Origin: the human T2T-CHM13v2.0 reference genome, Homo sapiens
Assembly (NCBI RefSeq): GCF_009914755.1
Contig: NC_060942.1
Length of the DNA: 64,000 bases
Strand: one strand, 5' to 3'
Shown in pieces: positions 45,078 to 58,489 of this stretch. A program made the translations under genes and the position numbers. Each line of letters opens with the position of its first letter. Position 1 is the first letter of the stretch. The notes below the pieces were generated by a model. It saw only the letters and a list, made by a program, of their open reading frames with translations. It searched no databases and was not told the origin of the DNA.

Positions 45078-45604
45078 CTACTAGTGCAATAGAAAAATGA
45101 GCTTTCCCTTTAAAATTTTTGGTCTGAAAATTGTTGGATGTATTTTGATTCGAATCATTACAGTAGGTATTACACTTCAGTGAACTATTTTATAATTTCT
45201 TTTTCTTTAGATTTACTTGTACCCCATAATTTTTCCCTTGAGAAAAATTTTGAATTATCTGGCAAAATTTATCATAGCTTAATTTTTCTAATTTCATTTG
45301 AAGCAATAATTTTCCTGAAAATTGGCCATTATTTCCCAAATACCTTGTCAAAAATTCTCTTTTATTTAAATTATTAGCTTTTTTGTGTTAAAAATGCTTT
45401 TTTTTTTAACTTCAGGCAGTTTCAGTTGTGTTTTACTGGGCTTTGATTTTCAAGCAATATACAATATATTAATATATTACACTAACAATATGTTATTGTT
45501 AATGTCGTGTTCTTAACCATGTGAGTAAATTAACTAATAAAATATTTACTTTGAAATTAAGTAAATACATAATATGATTGTTTTGACGACATGTTCTGCC
45601 ATAA

Positions 45605-45815
45605 ATCATACCAACCATACTCTTGGATAAATGTGAAATAAAAAATAGAAATCAGTACTAAGAAGATCTCTCAAAACTACACAACTACATGGAAATTAAA
45701 CAAACTGCTCATGAATAACTTTGGGGTAAACAATAAAATTAAGGCACAAATCCAGAAATTCTTTAAAATTAATAAAACAAAGGTACAATATACCAGAATC
45801 TCTGGGACACAGCTA
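45605..45815 (+). mobile_element. Isolated internal L1 ORF2 (end of endonuclease domain) fragment
   Basis: acatggaaattaaacaaactgctcatgaataactttggggtaaacaat...ccagaatctctgggacacagcta. Confidence 0.75.
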
Positions 45816-46886
45816 TATTGATGTATGCAAAAAGTTTGGATTGATCAAATCAGGGTAATTGGAATATCCATCATTTCACACATTTATCACTTTTATGTGT
45901 GTATTTTGAACATTCCAAATCTTCTCTTCTAGTTATTTTGAAATATACAATACATTATTGCTAACTATAATCATCCCACTGTGCTATTGAACACTAGAAT
46001 GTGTTTCTTTTATCCAACAATAATTTTGTACCCATTAACCAACCTTTATTCATCTCCCATCTTCTTTATCCTTTCTAGCCTCTGGCAATAACCATTCTAC
46101 CATCTACCGTCATAAGATCAATGTTTTAAGATCCCACATATAAATGAGAACATGCAATATTTGACATTCTGTGTCTGGCTTCTTTCACTTAACATAATGT
46201 CCTCCTGGTTCATCTATATTGCTGCAAGTAATAGGATTTTATTATTTTTATGGCTGAATAATATTCCATTGTGTATATATACTACATTTTCTTCATCTAC
46301 TCATCCATTGGTGGACATTTAAGCTGATTTCATATCTTGGCTATTGTGAACATGGGAGTGCAGGTGTCTCTTCCACATACTGATTTTCTTTCTTTGAGAT
46401 TTATACCCAGCAGTGGGATTATTGGATGATACTGTATTTCTAGTTTTAGTTTCTTGAGAACCCTCTATAATAACTATACTAATTTTTATTCTGACTAACA
46501 GTGTATGGGAGTTTCCTTTTCCACACATGCTTACCAGTATTTAAATTTCTTTTATGATAGCCATTTTAACTGGAGTGAGATAGTATCTTGTGGTTTTTAT
46601 TTGCATTTTTTTCCGACAGTTAGTGATGTTGAGCACTTTTTCGCCTATTGGCTATTTGTATTTCCTATTTCTAGAAATGTCTATTCAGGTTATTTTGTCA
46701 TATTCAAATGAGATCATTTGGAGTTTTCTTTTGCTATTGATTTGAGTTTGTCATATATTCTGGTTCTAAATCCTTTGTCAGATAGGTAGTTTGCATATTT
46801 TCTCCCATTCTCTAGGTTGTCTCTTCACTCTGTTGATGTTTCCTTTACTGTGCAGAAGCTTTTTAGCTTGATATAATCCCATTTGT
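45816..46886 (-). mobile_element. L1MA 3' end
   Basis: gatcaaatcagggtaattggaatatccatc...tgtgcagaagctttttagcttgatataatcccatttg. Confidence 0.85.
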
Positions 46887-47029
46887 AAAGAATAATATGA
46901 CTATTAAAATGTAACTACTCTTTAAAATACCTTCAAAGACACCTCATTTACTTCCTGGATAATGTTAAAATTTCTTAGTTGGGAATCTATGGCCTTGCAA
47001 AAATATTTATTTCTGTTCTATTTCCATGA

Positions 47030-47750
47030 ATTTGATTTATAAATTTACTACATTTTTTAAGCATCTCCTATGTGCAATGCATTCTTGGCTTTCCTGTCCA
47101 TAAGAAAATGTCAACATAACACATTCCACCCTCATGATTGGAAAATGCTGTGAGGGAAGATCAAATAAAGTGCTGTTGGATTTTAGAGGAACAGCTATTT
47201 ATTTTAAGTTGGAAAGATTAAGGATGGTTTTAGGAAATTGGGGGTGTTTGGTCTGGACCTTATGAAAGTGTCAGATTAAAACTGACACAGTGTAGGAAAG
47301 AGTGGGTCACTTTAGGAGAGAATAATATTCAGCTTTCTTACTGAATCAACTGTCATTTCTCAAAGTATAATTCATATTCCACGCAACCTGACTTAGGGCA
47401 TTAGCTGTTTCTCAAATGTATTTTAACTTCATAGGTTCTGTGCTCCTGTTTATTTTACCCTCTTCCTGTAATTTATTTTTTTCAGTACTTTTTTATTCTA
47501 TAGAAGTATCTACCTCTTATCACTTCTGCAATTTCCCAACCTAGCTAGAATAGATATATTTTTTACTCTAATAGCAGCGTTCGTATCTCTTTTATGGCAT
47601 TTTACTTCATATATGTTTTTTAATCCATTAAGATCAAGTCTTAATCTAACTATAGATTGTAAATATTGGGGCTTCATCTTTGTATTTCCTAATGTATCCA
47701 GTACAGTATCTTGTATGCAGTACATACTCAATAAACAGAATTTTATTTTA
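47030..47750. mobile_element. Two opposed L2 fragments
   Basis: L2 minus ~47030-47320. L2 plus tail ...gtacagtatcttgtatgcagtacatactcaataaac. Confidence 0.5.
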
Positions 47751-48089
47751 AATGGTTTACTCCCCAAACTATCAGAATGCTAGAATAGTTAGTTTCATCT
47801 CATACACAATGTCTGCCTTAAACATGGTGTCAAATGATTTAATACGACTGAAGAATACATGCAAAATTCTTCTTGGCCCAATTCTTTTCTACTAAACTGA
47901 TACAATGCATTAAAACAACCATTGGGATTTATTGCCAAATCTAAGCATGATGATCAACTGTACAATGCTCTCAAACTATAACTGATGAAGAAGCTGTAAT
48001 TGAAGTAATGCCACTCCAGTGGAATCATGTACTCTTTAGCAGGCTACATGACAAGGAAACTATAAAAGCTGGAGGATTTTCAGAGCCAG

Positions 48090-48962
48090 TGGTCTAGTAT
48101 CTAGAATATATAAAGAAGTATTACAATGCACAACAAAAAGTCAAACAACCCAATTAGAACATTGGCAAAAAATGGAACAGATATTCCACCAAAAAGGTTG
48201 TACATATGGCCAATAAACATATGAAAAGATGGTCAATATCGTTAGTCATCAGGGAAATGAAAGTCCAAACCACAATGAAATAGCACTTCCACTTGAATGA
48301 CTATCATAACAATTAAAAAACAGAAAATAAATGTTGTCAAATGTGTGGATAAATCATTGTTGGTGAGAATGTAAAATGGTGCAGCTTCTGTGAAAAACAG
48401 TTTGGCCATTCCTCTAAAAGGGAAACATTTAATTATCATATGACCCAGAAATTCCACTCCTAACTTTACATCCAAGAAAATTATAAACATATTGTTAATC
48501 AAAAACGTGTATATGAATGTTCATAGCGGTACCATTTACAGTAGCCAAAAAGTAGAAACAACCTAAGTGCTCATTAATTAATAAAGAGATAAATGTGGTA
48601 AATTCATACAATGAAATATTATTCATCTATAAAGAGGAATATTGCAAACATTATGCGAAGTAAAAGAAGCCAGACACAAAAGTCCAAATGTTGTATGATC
48701 CCCCTTACATGAAATGTCCGTAATAAGCAAATCCATAGATACTGAAAACATGTTAGTAGGACCCAGGGGCTGAGTCGAAGAGAGAAGTAACTGCTTAGTG
48801 AATATGTGGGGTTTTTTTGGTGTGATAAAAATGATGTAAAATTAGATCCTAGTGATGTTTGTGCGATATTTAAAATGTACTAAATGCAACTGAATCATAC
48901 ACTTTGAAGTGAATTTTATTTTATGCAAAATTTACCTCAATAAAGAAAATAAATTAAAAAAA
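48090..48962 (+). mobile_element. L1MB 3' end
   Basis: tagtatctagaatatataaagaa...aagaagccagacacaaaag...ttacctcaataaag. Confidence 0.85.
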
Positions 48963-49681
48963 TCAAAAAATTTTGCCCTTTTACTTGGAAGAGGTATGGC
49001 ATACTGAGACAAAGGTGTCCATCACATGGGATCTTGAAGCAATGTGCTGAATTTAAAGTTCCATGTGAATAACTCACCCAAAAGTGATCCCAAATGAGTA
49101 CTTTCTCTTTGAGTGTCAGATTCAGATTCCTAATCTCTAAATATAATTAATCATAATAATAAACAATAGATACTGTATATCGAAATGGGTAAGCAATGTT
49201 ATAATCAATGTAGTCAATATTTTATATTAATTAAATGAGATACTGCATGTAAAGAACATAGAAAAGCCCCTATCGGCAGTTCAAATAAAGATATTATTAT
49301 TTTGTATATTATCTTAGTATTAATTAAAAATCTCAATTTTTTTTCTGAAGATACGTTTTTCATCTTAAGTTGTTCTCCACTTCAATCTGTGACATCACAT
49401 TGGTAGGAGGGAAAATTACAAAAACATTGCCAAAAACTAATTCTAATTCTTCAATGATTTCTATACTTAACTATTAAGAAAATTGTTTTGTTTTACTCAG
49501 GCATGAAAGACCGTATTTTTGGAATAATCTTTTCATTAAAAACTATAAGAAGTTCAAATTGGTAAAGCATAATTCAATCTTTTTCTTTTTTTCTGCTTAA
49601 AATCAAGAACCTTGCACTTCTACAAAGTATCAGGCTACAGTTGAAAATTGTTATCCAAATAAACTAATAGAAATATTTTTA

Positions 49682-50724
49682 TGAGGGATCTTCAAAAAGT
49701 TCACGGAAAATGCATAATATGAAAACACTATGCATGGATTTCAAAACGTTTTGCACCAAAATTAACTTGTACTAACTTGTTACAGAATGAGCAGAATCCA
49801 GTTTGAGACATTAAGAAGGTGAAGACATCTATTTGTAAAGGACCCTTATCAGAGCAACATGAATTCTGCTGAAATTGGAGTAAAAAGAAAAATCAAATTT
49901 ATGGTGAAGGTTGAGGGGAAGAGTGGTGAAGCCATTGATGTTTTACAAAATGTTATGGGGACAATGCCCTAAATTAATTGGCAGTTTACAAATAAATAAC
50001 TCATTTTAAGAAGAGATAAATGATATTGAAGATGAAGCTCAGAATGGCAGATCATCCACTTCAATTTGTGAGAAAAAAATTAATCTTGTTCCTGATCTAA
50101 CTGAAGAGGACCCACGATTAACAGCACAAACAATAGTCAACACCATAGATATCACAATTGGTTCAGCTTACACAATTCTAACTAAAAATTTAAAATTGAG
50201 CAAAATTTCTACTTAATGGGTGCCAAAACTATTGTGGCCAGATCAGCTGCAGACGAAGGCAGAGCTCTCAATGGAAAGTTTAAACAAGTGGGATCAAGAT
50301 TCTAAAGCATATTTTGGAAGAATTGTAACAGAAGATGAAACACGGCTTTACTAGAACAATTATGAAGACAAAACACTATCAAAGCAAAAGATACTAAGAG
50401 GTAGAAGTGGTCCAATCAAAGCAAAAGCAAACCAGTCAAGAGCAAAACTCATGGCAACAGTTGTGGAATGCTAGAGGCGTTTTGCTTGTTGACTTTCTGG
50501 AGGGTGGAAGAATAGTAACATCTGCTTATTATGAGAATGTTTTGTGGTTAGCCAAAGCTTTAGCAGAAAAAATCCCAAGAAAGTTTTACTCAAGAATCCC
50601 CTCTGCGATGGCAATGCTCCTGCTCATTCCTTTTATCAAGGACAATTTTGTGAGAGTCTCGATGGGAAATCATTAGGCTTCCAGCTTACAGTTCTGATTT
50701 AGCTACTTCTGACTTCTTTTTGTT
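49682..50724 (+). mobile_element. HSMAR2 mariner transposon, 3'-truncated, decayed transposase
   Basis: Left TIR ta|tgagggatcttcaaaaagttc. ATG 49859 MNSAEI, WVPK (~50217), IVTEDET, YSSDLATSDFFLF (YSPDLAPSD motif) ~50687-50724. Many stops. Right TIR absent. Confidence 0.93.
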
Positions 50725-50986
50725 CGTCAGGCTTGGGGGGCCCTGAAAGGAAATGGGGGTCCCTGAGGAAGCGGGGCTGAGGGGCATGCTGCCCACAGTG
50801 GGCAGGCTGAAGCTCCACCCAGCACAGGCCTGAGAGCGAGAGTGGGACTGTGATGTGCTCCCACCGCCCCAGCCGGGCTCTCGCCTGAGTGAGGGTGGCT
50901 TTTACCTGGGAGGGGGTCACACGGTCGAAGTTCTTCCCCAGCATCCTCCGCGTGTGCTTCCACGCGTGTGGGAGGTGTGGGAGGTC
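50725..50986. other. GC-rich (~66%) non-repeat insert of unknown origin
   Basis: Hand count 173/262 G+C and 13 CpG, abruptly bounded by truncated HSMAR2 and truncated Alu. Confidence 0.8.
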
Positions 50987-51155
50987 GGACTACAGGTGTG
51001 AGCTACCACGACCGGATTTTTTTTTTTTTTTTTTTTTTTAAGTAGAGACAAGGTACGGCTGTGTTTCACAGGCTGGTCTCAAACTCCGGGTCTCAAGCAA
51101 CCCTCCACCTCTCCCAAAGTGCTGGGATTAAAGGCATGAGCCACTGCCCCCAACC
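50987..51155 (-). mobile_element. AluJ left arm plus ~30 nt of right arm (truncated)
   Basis: ggactacaggtgtgagctaccac...poly(T) linker...ctcccaaagtgctgggattaaaggcatgagccac. Confidence 0.8.
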
Positions 51156-51217
51156 TACAGTGGATTTTTTAAAAATTAGTTTCTTTTTACTTTACTATAA
51201 ATAACTCAGATACTGAT

Positions 51218-51633
<416 letters not shown>

Positions 51634-51745
51634 CAGATACTGATTTTAATAAGAAAATATAATTGTTAATTATTTGAGCATTTTACATTTACTGCAGGAC
51701 AAAGATCACAATACTAATATTAATAAATTTGGCTTCAAATGTCAT

Positions 51746-52114
51746 TATATTAGTCAGTTTTCACACTGTTGATAAAGACATATCCAAGACTGGGTAAGTG
51801 ATAGAGAAAAAAGAGGTTTAAGGACTTACAGTTCCACATGGCTGGGGAGGCCTTACAATCATGGCAAAAGGCAAGGAGGAGCAAGTTATGTCTTACATGG
51901 ATGGCAGCAGGCCAAGAGAAAGCTTGTGCAGGAAAACTCCTTCTTATAAAACTATCAGGTCTTGTGAGACTTATTCACTACCATGAGAACATTTGGGGGA
52001 AACCACCCTCCTGATTCAATTATCTCCCTGTGGGTCCCTCTCTCAACATGTGGGAATTATTGGAGTACAATTCAAGATGAGATTTGGGTGGGGACACAGA
52101 GCCAAACCGTATTG
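51746..52114 (-). mobile_element. THE1B/C solo LTR
   Basis: tatattagtcagttttcacactgttgataaagaca...gatttgggtggggacacagagccaaacc. TSD gtcat on both sides. Confidence 0.9.
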
Positions 52115-52484
52115 GTCATTATACTTTTTTGAGAAAAATTGATTCACTGAATTTGTTTTGGCATTACTCTTGCTTTAAGCAGCACACTAGTAAGTTTTTT
52201 CAGCATGAGTGACAGGAATAATTTTCTAAAGAGAACTAGGGAATCATTGAATTTTCAAATACTGTTTAAATGACAGCATACAGAGAATGGTTAATAGTTG
52301 GCTAAAATTTTTCATTTTAAAAACATGTTTACTCGGGAAGTGTATCTGCTGAGCACGATTTAACTTTTAAGATTACAGTAACTGCTTATTGGAGTATAAA
52401 AATCTCTTCAATGATTTGTTTAATGGAACACTAGGGGAAAAAAATCAACAAATCACACATTTGAATTTTCAAGAAGTGCATTAG

Positions 52485-52487
<3 letters not shown>

Positions 52488-52528
<41 letters not shown>
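52488..52528. repeat. (AT)~20 microsatellite
   Basis: Direct reading. Confidence 0.95.
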
Positions 52529-52531
<3 letters not shown>

Positions 52532-53335
52532 TTTAACACTTGTTCTTAAATAAAGAAAAATTATTAGTCTTCAAAAAATTGACCTAGAGCTATTGTTTAA
52601 TAAAAATAACACAATTTTATTAAAATATTTATTAAGATTTCCTTGAGGAATAAAACTTCAAGTCTTTTTTAATTGTGTAAAATAAGAAACATAAAGTTCA
52701 ATTAGAATAAATATTTTAGGAAAGTAATTTTATATCTGGGTTCTTAATTTATGTGGGTATAAAATACAAAAGTAATTTTGAAAGATATATTGAGCTGCTT
52801 ATATAAATCTGTAAATTTGAGTTTCTCAAAAGGTACAAGCTAAAGTCTAGGACCTGTTTGGGTCTTATGTCACATATTTTGGGACAAGCATCACATAGAA
52901 ATGGAATAAAATGCAGTGTGTTTTAGAAGCACAGTTCATATTAATAATTTCATTAAATCTTTATGCTTTAAAATTGATGATCAAATCTTCACTTGAATTA
53001 AAGGTATTACATGTCCTTAGTTAAGTTTATCAAGAAAAAAATAAACATCATGATATTTTATTTGATAAGTTAGAAAAACACTGGCAAATCAGTTCCTAAT
53101 CAAATAACTTGGTTGAAAAATTTTAGGAGGATAAGAGCAATTCTGTACTTGAAGCTTGATATATATTTTATTTTATTCATAACCTATAGGAGATTATCTG
53201 AGGGTAGGGAATTATGGTCTTATTTTCCAGTAAGAGTGATTAGGGTATCTCATATATTTTAAGACAGTGGTTACTTACATTTGATCTTTCTACTTGTTCT
53301 TGTTGATTTATTACACTATTGTAACCATGTATATA

Positions 53336-53655
53336 TATGTATATTTAAGATATACAGTGGTATATTTAGTGTGTGTGTATAGTGTGTGTGTATATATATA
53401 TATATATACACACACACTATATACTGTATTTTATATAAACATACTAAATACTTAGTATTTAGTATATATTTAGTATATTAATATACTTAGTCTATACTAA
53501 GTATATGTAGTACATCATACTAAGTATATTATACATAGTATATAATATTAGGTATATTTAATATATACTTACTACATTTACATATAGTATATATAGTATA
53601 GTATATGTATATATGTATACACTAAATATACCATCGTATATCTTAAATATACATA
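53336..53655. repeat. AT-rich nested palindrome with 37-bp terminal inverted repeats
   Basis: Arms 53336-53372 and 53619-53655 (35/37 complementary), perfect 44-bp palindrome at 53378-53421. Confidence 0.9.
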
Positions 53656-53933
53656 ATAAAATTCATCTTGACAAAGACATTGATGAATGTATCCTACTCT
53701 TCTGAGATCATATTGCCTCTTACAGGATTTGTTGTTTCAATTATGTAGCATGCTCATATAATTCTCTATTGATTACTAAAATAAGATGCTCAGATGTTCT
53801 CTATGGTAAAATTGCCTAAAATACTTTCCTTGGTTTTAGGCAACTATGCCTGACCCTCATCCTATACCAAATAAATTAAATAATGGTAGATGGGGTCCAG
53901 GCATAGGTATTTTCTTCAAAAGCTTTCAACTGG

Positions 53934-54282
<349 letters not shown>

Positions 54283-54549
54283 CTAAGCTTTTAAGTTTCC
54301 TTCCTATTTTTAGTAGGCTACTTGCTTCCATCTCATCTATGTGCCATCAGTCTAGAATACATGCTCTAGAATTCCCTCCCTCATGCCTTGATAAAACTTC
54401 CAATGGCCCTCTTTCCAGGACCAAGAGCTAATATCCTAAGAGAGAAATTCTGGAAATATGGAGGACAGAAGGAGACTACTTTCCTCTCTACTCCTAAGTT
54501 ATGTATGTCTCTTGAGCTGAAAAATGTCTCTAGTTTTGTTAACTAAAAA

Positions 54550-54865
54550 TCTCTGTCTCTCTGAATACTGGCCCATGATTCCTGCCCTTTTGTGTTTGGG
54601 TTAAATCCTGTGACTAGTTCTGGCAGAGTCATGAACAGAAGAGCTCCATGCAAATTCCAGATCAGAACATTTCATTGCTTGTGTGAGGCTCTGTGTAGCT
54701 CAAAAATCAAGACATGGTTCACACTCATCTTAAGTTCCAGAGTGAGGGAAATCAGAACTCCCAGCCAACCTGCTATAGAGATGTATTCTGAGAAAGATAG
54801 ATGCATTTAAGCCCCTGATATTTTGAAGATGATTTTTAACACAGCATAATTTAGCCCATTGGGAC
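54550..54865 (+). mobile_element. MLT1J-like LTR fragment
   Basis: cctgtgactagttctggc...agaacatttcattgcttgtgtgaggctc...acacagcataatttagccc. Confidence 0.6.
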
Positions 54866-55329
54866 TGAGGAATGAGGTTAAATAACTTCTCGGTCCTGTT
54901 GGCAGCTAGATAAAAGTGAAGCGTTGGGATCTGTAGGGTACCCGAGGAGATAAAGACCATGGGGCTTTTGCCTCCATAAGTCAGGCAAGTGTTTGGTGAT
55001 TAGCATCAGAAACTATGGAACAAAATCTGGGAATATGCACATCTTTGTGATGAGCTTATCTCTCTAAAAATCTGTGAACACTCTGGAGGGCTGGAGGAGA
55101 ATGTTAACTTCGGCTCTGTGAGTGTCTACCTTGTTTATCTTGTTTTCAAGTGGCTAAGGGGGTACTGAAAATGTGGGTTGAATTTTCTCTGTCTCTGATA
55201 TAATATGAAAACAAGCTTCACTAGGTGTTTAAGTAGGGAACAAGTAGCTTAGTTCTATCTTAATGGCCAGTGGGAGTAGAAATTTACTTACGAAGGAAAA
55301 TGAATAAATTATCATGGGACTTTTTATCT

Positions 55330-57330
55330 GCATTGTAGGTAGCTAGAAGACAACGGACTACGAAAAAGACTGTCAAAACCAATGTTACCATTAACTGGTC
55401 AGAATATGCAATAATACCTAGAAAATTTATCATTAATGTGTATGCTATGAGGTAGAAGAATAAACAGAAATTTCTAAATAAAACACTAAATCAATTCTAG
55501 CAGGTGAACTGCAGAGTGAACCTTGATGTACTATCTTCAGGTCAATGCTTAAAGATGACTATTTGGAAATGTCTAAAATAACTGCTAAATAGGGATGTAA
55601 AATAGAGGGAGATTTTGCGTGGAGAATTTAATAAACAAAATCTGAAACTACTTAACTAGTCAAGTTTCTAAGATTTGGAAATACGTATAAAAATGGGAGT
55701 AAAAATCTTCCCAGGATTTCATCTAGTAGTAAAAAGGGAAGAGATAAAGAGATAATTGTAAGTACTGTAAAGATTTCCTATTACTTGTATCAAGGAAGTA
55801 AAGACAAATAGACTCTTTTAATTAGAGGAATATATATTCTCATAAGGGAAATATTGAATAACATGTTTCTATAATGCAGGAGATCAGGGAACAAGAAACC
55901 ACCCATATTGAGAATGGAAAATTAGAGTGAAACTTCTGGATTAACCAGGGGAAAATGCAACGAATAGTTCCTTTTTCTTAACAGCAAAAAATAACTTAAA
56001 AATCACTGTAAAACAAATATTAAATAATAAAAGATGGAGAGACTAAAAGAATTTGTTTTAGTAATTAAGCTAAATGTAAACAGATAAGATTTTCCTTTTG
56101 AAAATTAGGGACTGTAACAGTACGTTACAAAAAGAAAATCCAACTTTGTTCACTTTATGAGATATTCATTTAAAACACAGCGATAGGGAAAGGCTGACCA
56201 TAAAGGGGTGAATAAAGGGATACCAGATAAATACAAACAAACTAAAGCAAAAGAGGAAACATCAGTATCAGACTGATTAGAAGAAACTTAATGTTAAAAA
56301 CATTGAAAATCAATTGATAAAAAGGCAAGTTTAGGAAGAAGATATAGCTGCACATGTCTGCGTACTCCAAACAAAAAACAGTGGAACCAAATAAATCTAA
56401 AAACAGATAAATCTATGAAAGTTTTGTTATAATGACACCAATTGATGTAGCTATCTCACAAGTAGAAAGGCCTTGCAGACAAAATTAAGGAGTGAGGTGG
56501 AGAAATCAAGTACTACAGTCAATAATCATGATTTTAAATAGGTACCTATAAGTTTAAATGGAAAATACTCTTAAGGTTCAAAAAACATTTGTAGAATTGG
56601 TGCCAAAATAAAACTTAACAAGTGAAAATAATAGAGAAATTACAGATCACATAATCTAATCATGATCCAATACAATTAAATAATTAAAAAATGATCGCAA
56701 ACATTGAAACTACTTAGATATTGAGAATCATAGTCTCTTGGAAAGGAAGTTTTAAAATTGGAAATCATAAACCATCTAGAAAGCAATGAAATAAAGAACA
56801 CATTATACCATAGGCCAGCCCTGGAAAAACTCAGTAGAACATTTATAGTTTAAATGTCATCATATTTTTTTAAAAAAGAGATAAATAAAACCAAAACAGG
56901 TATATATAACACAAACTTGGGAGCAAAGAAGAGCAAATAAGACTTTTTAAAAGGATGAAAATAATAAAATAAAACTGAAATTAATGAACTTGAAAATAAA
57001 AATAGTTGAAAGGCTTATCCAAAAGGTGTGTATGTAAAAATACAGATGCAAATACTTTGTGAGTCAGATTGTAAAAAAGATGTAAAAGTACAAGACAGTG
57101 AGTGCTTAAGGATATATAATGGCAAAGAAGAAGAGATCTGGAGAATCATAAAAGAAGACTTTGTGCAACTCTGTGACAATATAATCAAAATATTAGAGAA
57201 AATGTTTTCTGTCAAAATATAACTTATCTAAATTGGCATATACAGACATTTTAAAATAGGCTGATCACCAAAGAAGATATTAGAAAGATGATTAAACCCA
57301 TTAAAGCCAGATAGATTATTTCATAGATTA
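55330..57330 (+). mobile_element. Highly decayed L1ME ORF1/ORF2 region
   Basis: A-rich strand with endonuclease-like remnants (taaatgtaaac...atccaactttgttcactttatgagatattcattt). Confidence 0.55.
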
Positions 57331-57344
57331 AATGACTGACTAAA

Positions 57345-58082
57345 AATACTAACTTTCACCACAGTGAGATACCACTTATTAGAGTGACTACTATAAAAAT
57401 AGAAAAACCAAGTCTCCATAAGAAGGAAAAATTGGAACTTTTGTGCACTGTTAGTGAAAATGTAAAATGGTGCAACCCCTGTGGAAAACAGTATGGCAGT
57501 TCCTTAAAAAACTAGGAATAAAATTACTATATAATCCAGCAATTATACTTTGGGGTGTGTACCCCCAAAAGTTGAAAGCTGAAACTCAAACAGATATTTG
57601 CACACTCATGTTTAAAGCAGTATTGTTTGTAACAGGTAAAATGCAGAAGCAAACCAAGTGTCCATCGATTAATGACTGGATAAACAAAATGTGCCATATA
57701 TGTGCAATGGAATATTCAGCTGTGTAAAGGAACTGAACCCTGATGCATGGTGCATCATGAATTAACCTTGAAAGTATAATGCTAAGTGAAAGAAACCAGT
57801 CACAAAATGTCCAATACTGTATGATTCCACTTATGTGAGTTTCCTAGAGTAGTCAAATTTATAGAGACAGAAAACAGAATGGTGATTGCCAAGCACTGAG
57901 AAAAGGAGGAGATGCAGAGTTATTGATTAATGAGTGCAGAGTTTCTGTTTGTGCTGATGAAAAAGTTCTGGAAAGAGACGATGGTGATAGCTGCACATGT
58001 GAATGTACTTAATGCTACTGAAACTGTACACTTAAAAATGATTAAGGTGATAAATTCTACATTACATGTGTTGTACACAAAG
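57345..58082 (+). mobile_element. L1MB 3' end
   Basis: VQPLWKTVWQFLKKL ORF2 C-terminus, then L1MB 3'UTR. Confidence 0.85.
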
Positions 58083-58084
58083 CA

Positions 58085-58430
58085 TTTTACTCTCCCCTAC
58101 TTCAGTAGGTGAATACACTCCTCCTACTTGGATTTGAGACTCAACGATATGAATATTTTGTCCAATGGGATATAAGCCAATATGCCATAAGTAGACACTT
58201 AAAAGTGCTTGTTTGATGAGATTTTCACTGTTATTTCTCTGCCATTGTCATGAGGAGAATGTTCTTGGGCTGGTCTCTGGTCCAGAAATAAGATTAGAGA
58301 CATGGAGCAGATCAAAATTATTTACCTGATTAAACCTAGATCAATGAACCCTCAGACAATCTTCAGTTTTCTGAAAGTAAACGGTTTAACTCAGCCTTTG
58401 TGATATTAGCTAAAACTGATTAAGGCTCAT
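58085..58430 (+). mobile_element. MLT1H-like LTR fragment
   Basis: ttgtccaatgggatataagc...aaagtgcttg...ctctgccattgtcatgaggagaatg. Confidence 0.5.
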
Positions 58431-58489
58431 TGCTGGATTTTGTTTATTATTTAAAGAGCAGATTTTTAAGAGTTACTTGATCTTTCCAT

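Noticed and set aside
49859-50724. Functional or domesticated mariner transposase
   Set aside because: Multiple stops and frameshifts, 3' truncation.
50699-50963. 81- and 78-aa ORFs in the GC-rich insert as a standalone gene
   Set aside because: Short, expected in GC-rich DNA, no promoter or polyA context, and I recognise no homolog.
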